11,843 nucleotides of DNA. Origin: an uncultured Chromatiaceae bacterium. Lineage in GTDB: Bacteria; Pseudomonadota; Gammaproteobacteria; Tenderiales; Tenderiaceae. Below, one piece after another: positions 1-7,643 of this stretch. A program made the translations under genes and the position numbers. Below the pieces are notes generated by a model that did not search any database, was not told the origin of the DNA, and saw only the letters and a program-made list of their open reading frames with translations. Within the stretch, counting starts at the first letter, position 1; every line of letters begins with the position of its first letter. The DNA is taken from contig CAMYNQ010000093.1 in NCBI GenBank assembly GCA_947259785.1, positions 1-11,843 of the forward strand, read 5' to 3'.

Positions 1-24
1 AATCAAGTGAACTGGAAAAATAAT

Positions 25-1308
25 ATGAATGTACTTATTACAGGTGCCAGCGGTTTCATTGGTAGCCATATTACCCAGACACTGATTAAGGATGGGCACA
101 TCGTTACTGTTTGTGTGCGAATTCCTAAACTAGCCCAACAACGCTGGCCAAGCGCTCACGCCATCACAACCGACTTCAGTAAAGATCACCATTCATCTGA
201 ATGGTTGCCACGCCTTGACGATATCGACGTTGTTATCAATGCCGTTGGCATTATCCGTGAAACCGGCTCACAAACCTTTGAAGCACTACACACTGCGGCC
301 CCTTGTGCTTTGTTCAAGGCTTGTGAGAAAGCAGGTGTAAAAAGAGTCATTCAAATTTCAGCACTAGGTGCGGATGAAACTGCCTTTAGCCAATATCACC
401 TTAGCAAACGCGCTGCCGATGAATGCCTCATGGAATTAAACGTAAATTGGTCAATATTAATGCCATCGATAGTTTACGGTCCTGGAGCCAAGAGCATGAC
501 CTTTTTTAGAGCCTTGGCGTCCTTACCATTGACGCCAATTATTGATAAGGGTGATCAGCCAGTACAACCTATTCATATAGATGATCTTATACAAGCAGTA
601 TCACAGATCATTCAGCCAGAGACATCTGGCCAACATCAAATCGAATTGGTTGGCCCTAAGGCTATTACGATTAAAGAGATTTATTCACTACTACGCCATT
701 GGCTGGGCTTGGGAAATGCAAGGTTCATTTCACTACCCTACCAACTCACACTCATTGCTGGGCGTTTAGGTGGTTTTCTTGGCAACACACCGATGACAAC
801 AGAGTCCGTCCAAATGCTGCGCAAAGGCAATACAGCTGACGTCACTCCATTTATTAAACAGTTTGGCTTTGAGCCCATTAGCTTTGAACAAGCACTGATA
901 AATATACCGGCACAGCAGACTGATCGCTGGCACGCCGGTCTTTATTTCTTAAAACCGTTATTACGATTTTCTATCGCTTTTATATGGATCTTCACTGGCA
1001 TCGTTTCTGCCTTTGTTTTCCCGATAGAACAAAGCTATGCCATGCTGGCCAAAGCGGGAATTACTGGAATCTGGGCGCCAATAATGCTCTATGGAGCAGC
1101 AGCTACAGACCTTACATTGGGCTTGGCGACACTAATGGCATATCGCCTACCTATCGTTGTATCGATACAGATTGCAGTAATTATTCTCTATTCGATAATT
1201 ATCACCTTTTCACAGCCTGAACAGTGGATACATCCATTTGGCCCGGTAAGTAAAAATATTCCATTTATTGTTGCAACGCTTACCATGCTCGTGCTGGAGA
1301 GAAAGTAA
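25..1308 (+). CDS. NAD(P)-binding SDR/NmrA-like Rossmann oxidoreductase with a C-terminal DoxX-like multi-TM domain (fusion)
   Basis: N-terminus MNVLITGASGFIGSH is a canonical GxxGxxG Rossmann motif. The C-terminal ~130 aa are hydrophobic with 3-4 predicted TM helices, like a DoxX domain. ATG at 25 is preferred over the GTG at 7 because the Rossmann motif normally sits at residues 5-12. The stop overlaps the next start (TAATG). Confidence 0.75.
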   Translation: MNVLITGASGFIGSHITQTLIKDGHIVTVCVRIPKLAQQRWPSAHAITTDFSKDHHSSEWLPRLDDIDVVINAVGIIRETGSQTFEALHTAAPCALFKACEKAGVKRVIQISALGADETAFSQYHLSKRAADECLMELNVNWSILMPSIVYGPGAKSMTFFRALASLPLTPIIDKGDQPVQPIHIDDLIQAVSQIIQPETSGQHQIELVGPKAITIKEIYSLLRHWLGLGNARFISLPYQLTLIAGRLGGFLGNTPMTTESVQMLRKGNTADVTPFIKQFGFEPISFEQALINIPAQQTDRWHAGLYFLKPLLRFSIAFIWIFTGIVSAFVFPIEQSYAMLAKAGITGIWAPIMLYGAAATDLTLGLATLMAYRLPIVVSIQIAVIILYSIIITFSQPEQWIHPFGPVSKNIPFIVATLTMLVLERK

Positions 1309-1781
1309 TGGACTACGAAACCCTTAAGTGGCTCCACATATTAAGCTCAACACTATTGTTTGGCACAGGTCTTGGCAGTGCTTTTTATAAGTGGTGCGCA
1401 GACCGCTGCGGTAACCTTCAAGCCATTTCCCATACCAACCGAATCGTTGTCATTGCGGATTGGGTTTTCACCACACCGACAGTGATCATTCAGCCAGTGA
1501 CTGGCGTGCTACTGGTAAACACAATGGGAATCGCACTTACTGAACCGTGGCTGCTCGCTACATATATTCTTTACGCTATTGCCGGTGGTTGTTGGCTCCC
1601 TGTTGTCTGGCTGCAAATCCGTATGCGGGATCTCTCCCTACAAGCTATACAAAAAAACACCCATCTTGATGACACCTATCACCGCCAAGCTCGCCTTTGG
1701 TTCTGGTTAGGCATGCCTGCATTTACAGCTATGGTGATTATCTATTTTCTGATGGTATTTAAGCCAACCATCGGTATATAA
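1308..1781 (+). CDS. small integral membrane protein, DUF2269-like (4 TM)
   Basis: 157 aa, four hydrophobic segments. Start overlaps the upstream stop by 1 nt. GGAGAG Shine-Dalgarno lies 5 nt upstream. Family assignment is from memory of the DUF2269 architecture. Confidence 0.6.
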   Translation: MDYETLKWLHILSSTLLFGTGLGSAFYKWCADRCGNLQAISHTNRIVVIADWVFTTPTVIIQPVTGVLLVNTMGIALTEPWLLATYILYAIAGGCWLPVVWLQIRMRDLSLQAIQKNTHLDDTYHRQARLWFWLGMPAFTAMVIIYFLMVFKPTIGI

Positions 1782-1791
1782 GGAGTACAGA

Positions 1792-2409
1792 ATGTCGAAT
1801 ATTAAAGAACCTGTCATCAAGCAAGCATTAGGTGAAAGCTGGGAAGAACTTGCCGAAATCGTCAAGCAACACTATGACATCACCCCAGGTGAATCCTCTA
1901 AAATGACCATCAGAGGCGTAATGGATGAAGTCTATCACTCAAAGATCGCCAAGCTTTTTCTACTGCCCGGTAGAATCTTTGGCGCATTGGTACCCTATAA
2001 AGGAACGGACATCCCAACCGAGGTACGAAACTGGACATCTGAAAATAATCACAAGGCGATGTTTTGGTATAGAACTCTGGACTTCCCTAATAAACCACCA
2101 TTGATTTTTGCCTCTCGTATGGAACACATAACAGATGATGAGATTATTGAATATGTACGTTATGGCATGGGTATACGCATGGGGATGTCGGTTGATGATG
2201 GTGCTTTAATTTTTAAGAGCAAAGGTTATGTGTGGAAGATTGCCGGTATCACAATACCAATTCCAACATGGTTTATCCTGGGTGATGCAGAAATCATCGA
2301 AAAAGAAATTTCAAAGAATGAGTTTTACATTGACTTCAATATGATCCATCCATTGTTCGGCCGAACATTTTCATACTCAGGTACCTTCTCAATTGCGGAG
2401 GATAAATAG
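1792..2409 (+). CDS. soluble hypothetical protein, DUF4166-like
   Basis: 205 aa ORF with an AGGAG Shine-Dalgarno 6 nt upstream. No TM segments. Placement next to the SDR/DoxX genes is typical for DUF4166. The family call is tentative. Confidence 0.5.
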   Translation: MSNIKEPVIKQALGESWEELAEIVKQHYDITPGESSKMTIRGVMDEVYHSKIAKLFLLPGRIFGALVPYKGTDIPTEVRNWTSENNHKAMFWYRTLDFPNKPPLIFASRMEHITDDEIIEYVRYGMGIRMGMSVDDGALIFKSKGYVWKIAGITIPIPTWFILGDAEIIEKEISKNEFYIDFNMIHPLFGRTFSYSGTFSIAEDK

Positions 2410-2410
2410 A

Positions 2411-2842
2411 ATGGCATTACCTCCAAACATGAAAGAAGACTGTAAAGTAATTTTGTTTGATGGTGTGTGTAAGCTGTGCAATTTTTGGAGTCAATTCATA
2501 ATAAAAAATGACCGAAAAATGATATTCATGCTTGCATCAGTGCAATCATTAGAAGGCCAACAAATACTCAAACATTTCAATATGCCGACAGACCATTTCG
2601 ACACCATGTTATATGTGGAAGGCGATCAGTCATTTGAAAAAAGTGATGCCTTTCTTAAAATCGTCAACCAACTAGATCTCCCATGGAAATTATTAAATAT
2701 ATTTCGATTCCTGCCAGGGTGGTTTCGCAATTGGTTATACGACCGAATTGCGTTAAATCGGTATGCATTATTTGGAAAGTATGACCAGTGCTTACTGCCA
2801 ACGCCAGACCACGCAAAAAGGTACTTAAGAAATGGCGACTAG
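2411..2842 (+). CDS. DCC1-like thiol-disulfide oxidoreductase (DUF393 family)
   Basis: N-terminal motif ILFDGVCKLCNFW matches the DUF393 signature (Y/F-D-G-x-C-x-x-C). GGAGG Shine-Dalgarno at 2397-2401, 9 nt before ATG 2411. The 2393 start in the ORF track would overlap the upstream gene and has no Shine-Dalgarno, so it is not used. Confidence 0.75.
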   Translation: MALPPNMKEDCKVILFDGVCKLCNFWSQFIIKNDRKMIFMLASVQSLEGQQILKHFNMPTDHFDTMLYVEGDQSFEKSDAFLKIVNQLDLPWKLLNIFRFLPGWFRNWLYDRIALNRYALFGKYDQCLLPTPDHAKRYLRNGD

Positions 2843-3224
2843 TTTAGTAAAAGTCAATCATATTGGCCGTTATGGATTGGCTTTTGTTTTTTTCTACCAT
2901 GGTTTAATACCCAAAATACTCTGGCCTAGCCAGGTAGAAACTAGCTTAGTAATGGCGCATAATTTTGGTGTGTCTGCGACAATAATTTCGTCCGCTGCAG
3001 GTGCAATAGAAATTCTGCTAGCGCTTACTATTGTTTTTTATATAAAATCCTTAATACCTGTGTACATCGCTGCTCTCATGCTCATAGTTCTACTATTTGA
3101 TGTTTATTTGGTGATGCCTGAATTGCTAACAGAAGCTTTCAACCCGGTTTCAACAAACATTTCGGCCTTAGTGTTGTGTTATTTGATATACATTACTCAA
3201 ACGCGAAAAGCGATTACACTATAA
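2832..3224 (+). CDS. DoxX-like family membrane protein
   Basis: 130 aa, 4 hydrophobic helices. Start overlaps the upstream stop by 11 nt, consistent with translational coupling. Last gene of a five-gene co-directional cluster. Confidence 0.6.
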   Translation: MATSLVKVNHIGRYGLAFVFFYHGLIPKILWPSQVETSLVMAHNFGVSATIISSAAGAIEILLALTIVFYIKSLIPVYIAALMLIVLLFDVYLVMPELLTEAFNPVSTNISALVLCYLIYITQTRKAITL

Positions 3225-3307
3225 ATGCTAGACAAACTCCCATTCCATTGAACTCACCACTACTACATCCTGTTAAGATGGCCCGGCCTATTCCGAGCCA
3301 CCACTTC

Positions 3308-4462
3308 TCACAACTTCATTGTTGAAGGACTTTTAACTAAGTCCTTCATTACACCTTCCAGACCGGAGTAGACATTGATATTGCCGATACGCTCGGTCAC
3401 TTTTTCCAACACTTCCAACTCCTTTAGACGCATTAAGGTTGGGTTGCCTTCAATCATCTTGGCAGTATTATGCAACGAGCGTGTCGCCGCGGTCTCTTCA
3501 CGCCGCTTGATCAAATTAGCCTCCGCCGCCTTTTCTGCCTCAACAACCTGATTGAGGATGGTCTTCATATCACCAGGCAAAATGATGTCACGCACACCGA
3601 CACTCTTGACCGAGATACCGTGCTCCTCAACTCGCTGACGGATACCGTCAGTCATCACCTTGTTCAGTGCATCTTTATCGTTCAGCAACTGGTCCAAAGT
3701 TTTGGTGCCTACTGCTTCACGCAGCTGCAACTGAAACTCCCGGTACAGGTAATCGTTGAAATCCGCCAGCTTGCTCTGAGCCAGCTGTGGATCTTCCACC
3801 TTATAAGCAGCAGAAAGGTTAAGCCTCAGGCTCACCCGATCTTTAGTCAAAATCTCCTGACCACTGACCTCGACATTCTGCAAACGCAGGTCAATGTGCT
3901 TGACCACAACATTACGATGATACTTCCAGTAGCCGTAGCTACCTGGCTGCAACAACGCTTCCAGTTTGCCGTTGACCAACAGTAGACCGACATGATTATC
4001 TTCCACTTCGGTGTAGTAGATGGTCTTAGACGCACTGCGCACCAACTGTGTGTTATGACCGCGGCCCAGCAGTGCCAGCAACGCCTTCGACACACGGAAG
4101 TCCTCAGTGATATCAACACGCTTCAACTCGATCTTCTCTAGACCCTTCCAGTAGATTTTGAAACTACCTGGCGCGACGATATCGACCAGCAGACCATCGT
4201 GGTACAACAGCCCCACCTCATAGTCGCTGAGCTGATACGCCTCAAGGTAACCTCGAGTCTTATCGGCAAAGGTAGAAACCAAAAACTTACCCAGACTGTG
4301 ATCCAACTCATGACGAGTGATATCAAAGCGCTCAGTTTTTACATTGCCAAGCAGATCGACGTAACGATACCTTCCTGGCTCAAGGACACCCGCAAAGCGA
4401 TTCTTCTTAAACAGGAAGGCCCTTTCGTTATCTGCAACATCTATTCTTTTAACGAAAAACAT
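3308..4462 (-). CDS. SPFH/band-7 (stomatin/slipin-like) protein with extended repeated N-terminal region and no predicted TM segment
   Basis: The C-terminal half has a typical SPFH core and coiled-coil (…ILPGDMKTILNQVVEAEKAAEANLIKRREETAA…NPTLMRLKELEVLEKV…). The start is moved to MFFVKRID (ATG complement at 4460-4462) because a GGAGG Shine-Dalgarno sits 5 nt upstream on the minus strand. The longer ORF-track start at 4501 has no Shine-Dalgarno. Confidence 0.8.
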   Translation of the reverse strand: MFFVKRIDVADNERAFLFKKNRFAGVLEPGRYRYVDLLGNVKTERFDITRHELDHSLGKFLVSTFADKTRGYLEAYQLSDYEVGLLYHDGLLVDIVAPGSFKIYWKGLEKIELKRVDITEDFRVSKALLALLGRGHNTQLVRSASKTIYYTEVEDNHVGLLLVNGKLEALLQPGSYGYWKYHRNVVVKHIDLRLQNVEVSGQEILTKDRVSLRLNLSAAYKVEDPQLAQSKLADFNDYLYREFQLQLREAVGTKTLDQLLNDKDALNKVMTDGIRQRVEEHGISVKSVGVRDIILPGDMKTILNQVVEAEKAAEANLIKRREETAATRSLHNTAKMIEGNPTLMRLKELEVLEKVTERIGNINVYSGLEGVMKDLVKSPSTMKL

Positions 4463-4704
4463 AATGCCTCCTAAATTATTATTACTTTTAAAGTCGGGCA
4501 CCCTCCATTGCAGGGGCGGAATATGACATTCAACAAACAGGAATGACTACTGAGAGGTTAATCGAATCATTGCCCAATATTCGTCTGTACAAGCCCGAAC
4601 ATACCTACCAATGCTCGAAGAACTTCAACGCCATTCGCGCCCACCAAAGCGGTCACACTCGGTCACTGCCACGTTGTTTAAAGTGAAATACCACTTCACA
4701 TCAA

Positions 4705-4718
4705 ACAAGGGTGCCCTT
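4705..4718 (-). terminator. candidate intrinsic terminator hairpin (CAAGG-GCAC-CCTTG followed by UUUGAUG) downstream of the tRNA-like element
   Basis: Read directly on the minus strand. A 5-bp GC-containing stem is followed by a short U-tract. A second hairpin (GUGAA-N7-UUCAC, then UUUAAA) follows at about 4680-4700. Confidence 0.3.
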
Positions 4719-4721
4719 GGT

Positions 4722-4858
4722 TTACTACATGAGGGGAGTCGAACCCCAGCCCGAAGGCTTTCCCTAAACACGTTTAACAGACGTGTGCTTTCGACCGGAT
4801 TCGAACCGGCAACCCACTGATAACTATCAGTTGCTCTACCCGATTGAGCTACTAAGCA
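4722..4858 (-). ncRNA. compound tRNA-like element with two tandem tRNA-like domains in the 3' region of the rtcBA transcript; not a canonical tRNA
   Basis: Minus-strand domain 1 (4858-4786) has a U8-A9 junction, D-arm GCUC-AAUCGGGUA-GAGC, hairpin ACUGA-UAGUUA-UCAGU and T-arm GCCGG-UUCGAAU-CCGGU. Its acceptor pairs for only 5 bp. Domain 2 (4785-4731) has ACACGU-CUGUUAA-ACGUGU (an Asn-type anticodon loop), AGCC-UUCG-GGCU and a second T-arm GGGG-UUCGACU-CCCC. Neither domain has an encoded CCA. Confidence 0.45.
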
Positions 4859-5072
4859 GTGTTTAGCCTCTTGACTGTATTGGTACACATATCACCAAAG
4901 GTGGATGCGCCAGACCAGATTTGGAACCGGAACCGCTAACACAGGCAAGTCATGCCAAACTCTTTTGGTCTGCATGTCATTCAAGCTTGATTCAACATGC
5001 AAACAACATTCTTTAATACGTGGCCGAACAACCCATTTTGCCCGGCCATTTCTCCTAGCCCTAAACTTCAGG

Positions 5073-5119
5073 ATAAGTACCTTAGAAATATTTTCTAAAA
5101 ATAAAAACATTTCTTAGGT
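5073..5119 (-). repeat. 47-nt near-perfect inverted repeat (14-bp arms, 19-nt A/U loop) immediately 3' of the rtcA stop codon
   Basis: Arms agtaccttagaaat (5073-5086) and atttcttaggtact (5106-5119) are complementary except for one position. The element starts 2 nt after the rtcA stop on the minus strand. It is not followed by a U-tract. Confidence 0.5.
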
Positions 5120-5120
5120 A

Positions 5121-6131
5121 CTAAATACGGATCTCCCATAGATCCTTGGCCAACCCTTCAAATTCAAAACGTTTATCCGTAAAGAGATGGATCACATCTC
5201 TATTAGTTTGGCTATGTAGGCTTGGCTTCAAAGTACGAAACACACCACCGCCACCAATTGCCATGGGCAACATCAGCTGATCCGCCAAGTGTTCACCCAC
5301 AGGCACTGCCGCGGCCTGATAACGACGAATGGCCTGGATCGCTCTACGCGCCACCTTCTCTGCTGACACACCTACCTTTCCAACATATTCAACCACTTCG
5401 GAGCAACATTCGTGATGCAAACGCATGGAAACGATATTGCCACTGCCCATGCTCTCCACTCTTTCAGACTTCAACACCTCCTCAGGCCATTTACATTGCT
5501 TAGCGATCTCAGCCAACTCCCGCACAGCTACATGACCGGGAATATTGGCGCTTGTCACTACGGCCTCTTTACCAATCAATACACCTGCGTCCAACAAGTC
5601 CAGGCCACTTAAACGACCTGCAGGTTTAATCACCGCCTGCCATTGGCCACCACCCTGCGGATAAAACCCGTGACGGGTCATTTTCAATTCGATCTCAACA
5701 CCCATCTGCCTTAACAGTGGCGCATACACCAAAGCAATAAAATCAAAACTCGGCGCAAAGAAGTTGTGGGTGCCACCTTCAAAACTCAGTCTGGACTCAG
5801 CCTCTGCCAGCGCCAGGGCAGGCAGCACGGTTTGAAATATCAACGTCGTGCTACCCGCAGTACCCACAGCGAAATGATATTCGCCTGCCTTAATCGCCTT
5901 CGGCTTGAAGACGATCTCGGTGGAGCCCACTTCTGCACCGCTTACCTTTGCATTGCTCACTGCTTGTGCTGCTTTTACACAAGCTAGGTGCTGACGCATT
6001 AATCCCGGCTTCACACGACCGGCACGGATGTTTTCAATCCGAATCTCCGTACCAGTCACCATCGCCATGGTTAATGAGGTTCGTAAAATCTGACCTCCGC
6101 CCTCACCTTGTGAACCATCAACAACCAACAT
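5121..6131 (-). CDS. rtcA: RNA 3'-terminal phosphate cyclase RtcA
   Basis: N-terminus [27 protein letters not shown]…[15 protein letters not shown] aligns residue-for-residue with E. coli RtcA (…[24 protein letters not shown]…IRAGRAKPGLLRQHL). 336 aa. It lies immediately downstream of rtcB. Confidence 0.93.
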   Translation of the reverse strand: [336 protein letters not shown]

Positions 6132-6186
6132 TGTTCTTATTCCTTTTTAAAACCCCCTTAACGCTGGAGGAGGTAAATCTTTTGTT

Positions 6187-7425
6187 TCAACCCTTCACAC
6201 AAACCACCTGACGCAGCGTATGCACAATCTCGACCAGATCCTTCTGCGCTTCCATCACCTGATCAATCGGCTTGTAGGCAGCAGGGGTCTCGTCAATCAC
6301 ACCCGCATCCTTACGACATTCAACACCCGCAGTAGCAGCTACATGCTCGTCAAGACTAACTACTTTCTTAGCCTGGGTGCGGGACATTACCCGCCCCGCA
6401 CCATGACTGCAGCTATGGAAACTTTCATCGTTCCCAAGACCACGTACAATAAAGGAGCGCGCTCCCATGCTACCGGGAATGATGCCGAACTCATCTTTGC
6501 GGGTACGCACTGCACCTTTACGTGTAACCAGCACATTCTCACCATAATGGTTCTCACGTGAGACATAGTTGTGGTGACAGTTAACCGCATGAGCATGTGT
6601 CTCAAACGCAATCGGCATTTCACTACGTACTGCAGCAATCACCCGCGCCATCATTACTTCGCGGTTAATACGCGCATACTCCTGCGCCCACTCCACCGCT
6701 TCCACATACTGCTTAAAGTGATCGCTACCCTCTGGCAGATACGCCAAATCTTTATCGGGCAGGTTCACAAACCAGCGTTCCATATCCTTCTTGGCCACTT
6801 CTATAAAGTGTGTGCCGATACGGTTACCGACACCACGTGATCCGCTATGCAGCATGAACCAAACGTCATCACCCTCATCTAGACATACCTCAATAAAATG
6901 GTTTCCAGTACCCAAGGTTCCTAAATGATTCACGTTGTTAGTATTCTTTAACAACTTGTGCTGCTCACACAGGCGATCAAAACTAGGCATCAATACCTTC
7001 CAAGCCGCCGCAACATCTGTAGGCAGATCACCCCAAGCACCTTTATCACGCTTGGGCATTCGACGACTGCGTGAGGAAGACCGGCCATGCGGCACAGCCG
7101 TTTCAATCGCTGCGCGAATACCGCTCAGATTATCCGGCAGCTGACCCGCCTTCAGCGAAGTCTTCACTGCCATCATGCCGCAACCAATATCCACACCCAC
7201 AGCCGCTGGGATTACCGCGCCAATGGTGGGAACCACGCTACCAATAGTGGCTCCTTTTCCCAGGTGTACATCCGGCATCACCGACACCCACTTGTGAATG
7301 AAGGGAAGGCTCGCGATGTTTCTCAGCTGTTGACGCGCTTGCTCCTCAAAAGGAACACCCTTGGTCCAGGACTTAATGGGGGCACCACCATGGTCACTCA
7401 TCACTTCGTAAGATGTTTCACACAT
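6187..7425 (-). CDS. rtcB: RNA-splicing ligase RtcB (3'-phosphate/5'-hydroxyl RNA ligase), paralogue 1
   Basis: Conserved RtcB blocks are present: KSWTKGVPFEE, MPDVHLGKGATIGSVVPT, AAVGVDIGCGM, GTGNHFIEV, LHSGSRGVGN, NCHHNY, IPGSMG and CSHGAGR (the His nucleophile context). AAGGAAG Shine-Dalgarno lies 7 nt before the ATG at 7425. An alternative start lies 8 codons downstream at 7401 (MSDHGG). Confidence 0.93.
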   Translation of the reverse strand: MCETSYEVMSDHGGAPIKSWTKGVPFEEQARQQLRNIASLPFIHKWVSVMPDVHLGKGATIGSVVPTIGAVIPAAVGVDIGCGMMAVKTSLKAGQLPDNLSGIRAAIETAVPHGRSSSRSRRMPKRDKGAWGDLPTDVAAAWKVLMPSFDRLCEQHKLLKNTNNVNHLGTLGTGNHFIEVCLDEGDDVWFMLHSGSRGVGNRIGTHFIEVAKKDMERWFVNLPDKDLAYLPEGSDHFKQYVEAVEWAQEYARINREVMMARVIAAVRSEMPIAFETHAHAVNCHHNYVSRENHYGENVLVTRKGAVRTRKDEFGIIPGSMGARSFIVRGLGNDESFHSCSHGAGRVMSRTQAKKVVSLDEHVAATAGVECRKDAGVIDETPAAYKPIDQVMEAQKDLVEIVHTLRQVVCVKG

Positions 7426-7480
7426 TATTCTGCTTCCTTCTTCTCTTATCGCTCGTTATTCATTGTTTGTTGTTAATGCT

Positions 7481-7497
7481 ATTGCAGCTGCCGTGCC
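7481..7497 (-). promoter_or_regulatory. sigma-54 (-24/-12) promoter for rtcBA: CTGGCACGGCAGCTGCA on the minus strand
   Basis: Matches the consensus YTGGCACGrNNNTTGCW with correct GG-N10-GC spacing. It lies about 55 nt upstream of the rtcB start and points toward it. rtcBA is a known sigma-54/RtcR-dependent operon in E. coli. A second TGGCA half-site sits just upstream at 7505-7509 (minus strand). Confidence 0.7.
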
Positions 7498-7643
7498 AGC
7501 TTTCTTGCCAGACAATAAAACACTTTCAACCAACTGATTTTATTTAAATATTTCAGACTAGAACAAACAACTGGTAACACCGAGCTATTTTGGCCATAAT
7601 TCCTAATATATCTATTTCGATATTTTGATATTTAATTTGATAT

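Noticed and set aside
3323-3346. 9-bp perfect hairpin (gaaggactt-ttaact-aagtccttc) as a bidirectional terminator between the convergent operons
   Set aside because: It lies inside the last ~12 codons of the SPFH CDS and has no flanking U/T tract on either strand. It may still be a structural element but cannot be called a terminator.
3470-3985. 171-aa ORF on the plus strand inside the SPFH gene (plus other antisense ORFs: 3847-4119 and 4199-4474 in the SPFH gene, 5222-5503 and 5948-6211 in rtcA, 6220-6561, 6571-6840 and 7087-7476 in rtcB, 8321-8569 and 8837-9046 in rtcR, 10238-10465 and 10958-11212 in rtcB2)
   Set aside because: These are shadow ORFs antisense to, or out of frame with, well-supported conserved genes. 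They have no Shine-Dalgarno and low-complexity, Arg- and Cys-rich translations.
4786-4858. Calling domain 1 of the tRNA-like element a genuine tRNA-Asn(GUU) gene
   Set aside because: The anticodon loop is 6 nt (UAGUUA) with A at position 33. The acceptor stem has only 5 pairable bp plus two terminal mismatches, and there is no CCA. It is tRNA-like, not a functional tRNA, by my hand fold.
4611-4888. 69-aa (+) and 87-aa (-) ORFs spanning the tRNA-like region
   Set aside because: They overlap the structured RNA element and its terminators. There is no ribosome-binding site, and the region is better explained as non-coding.
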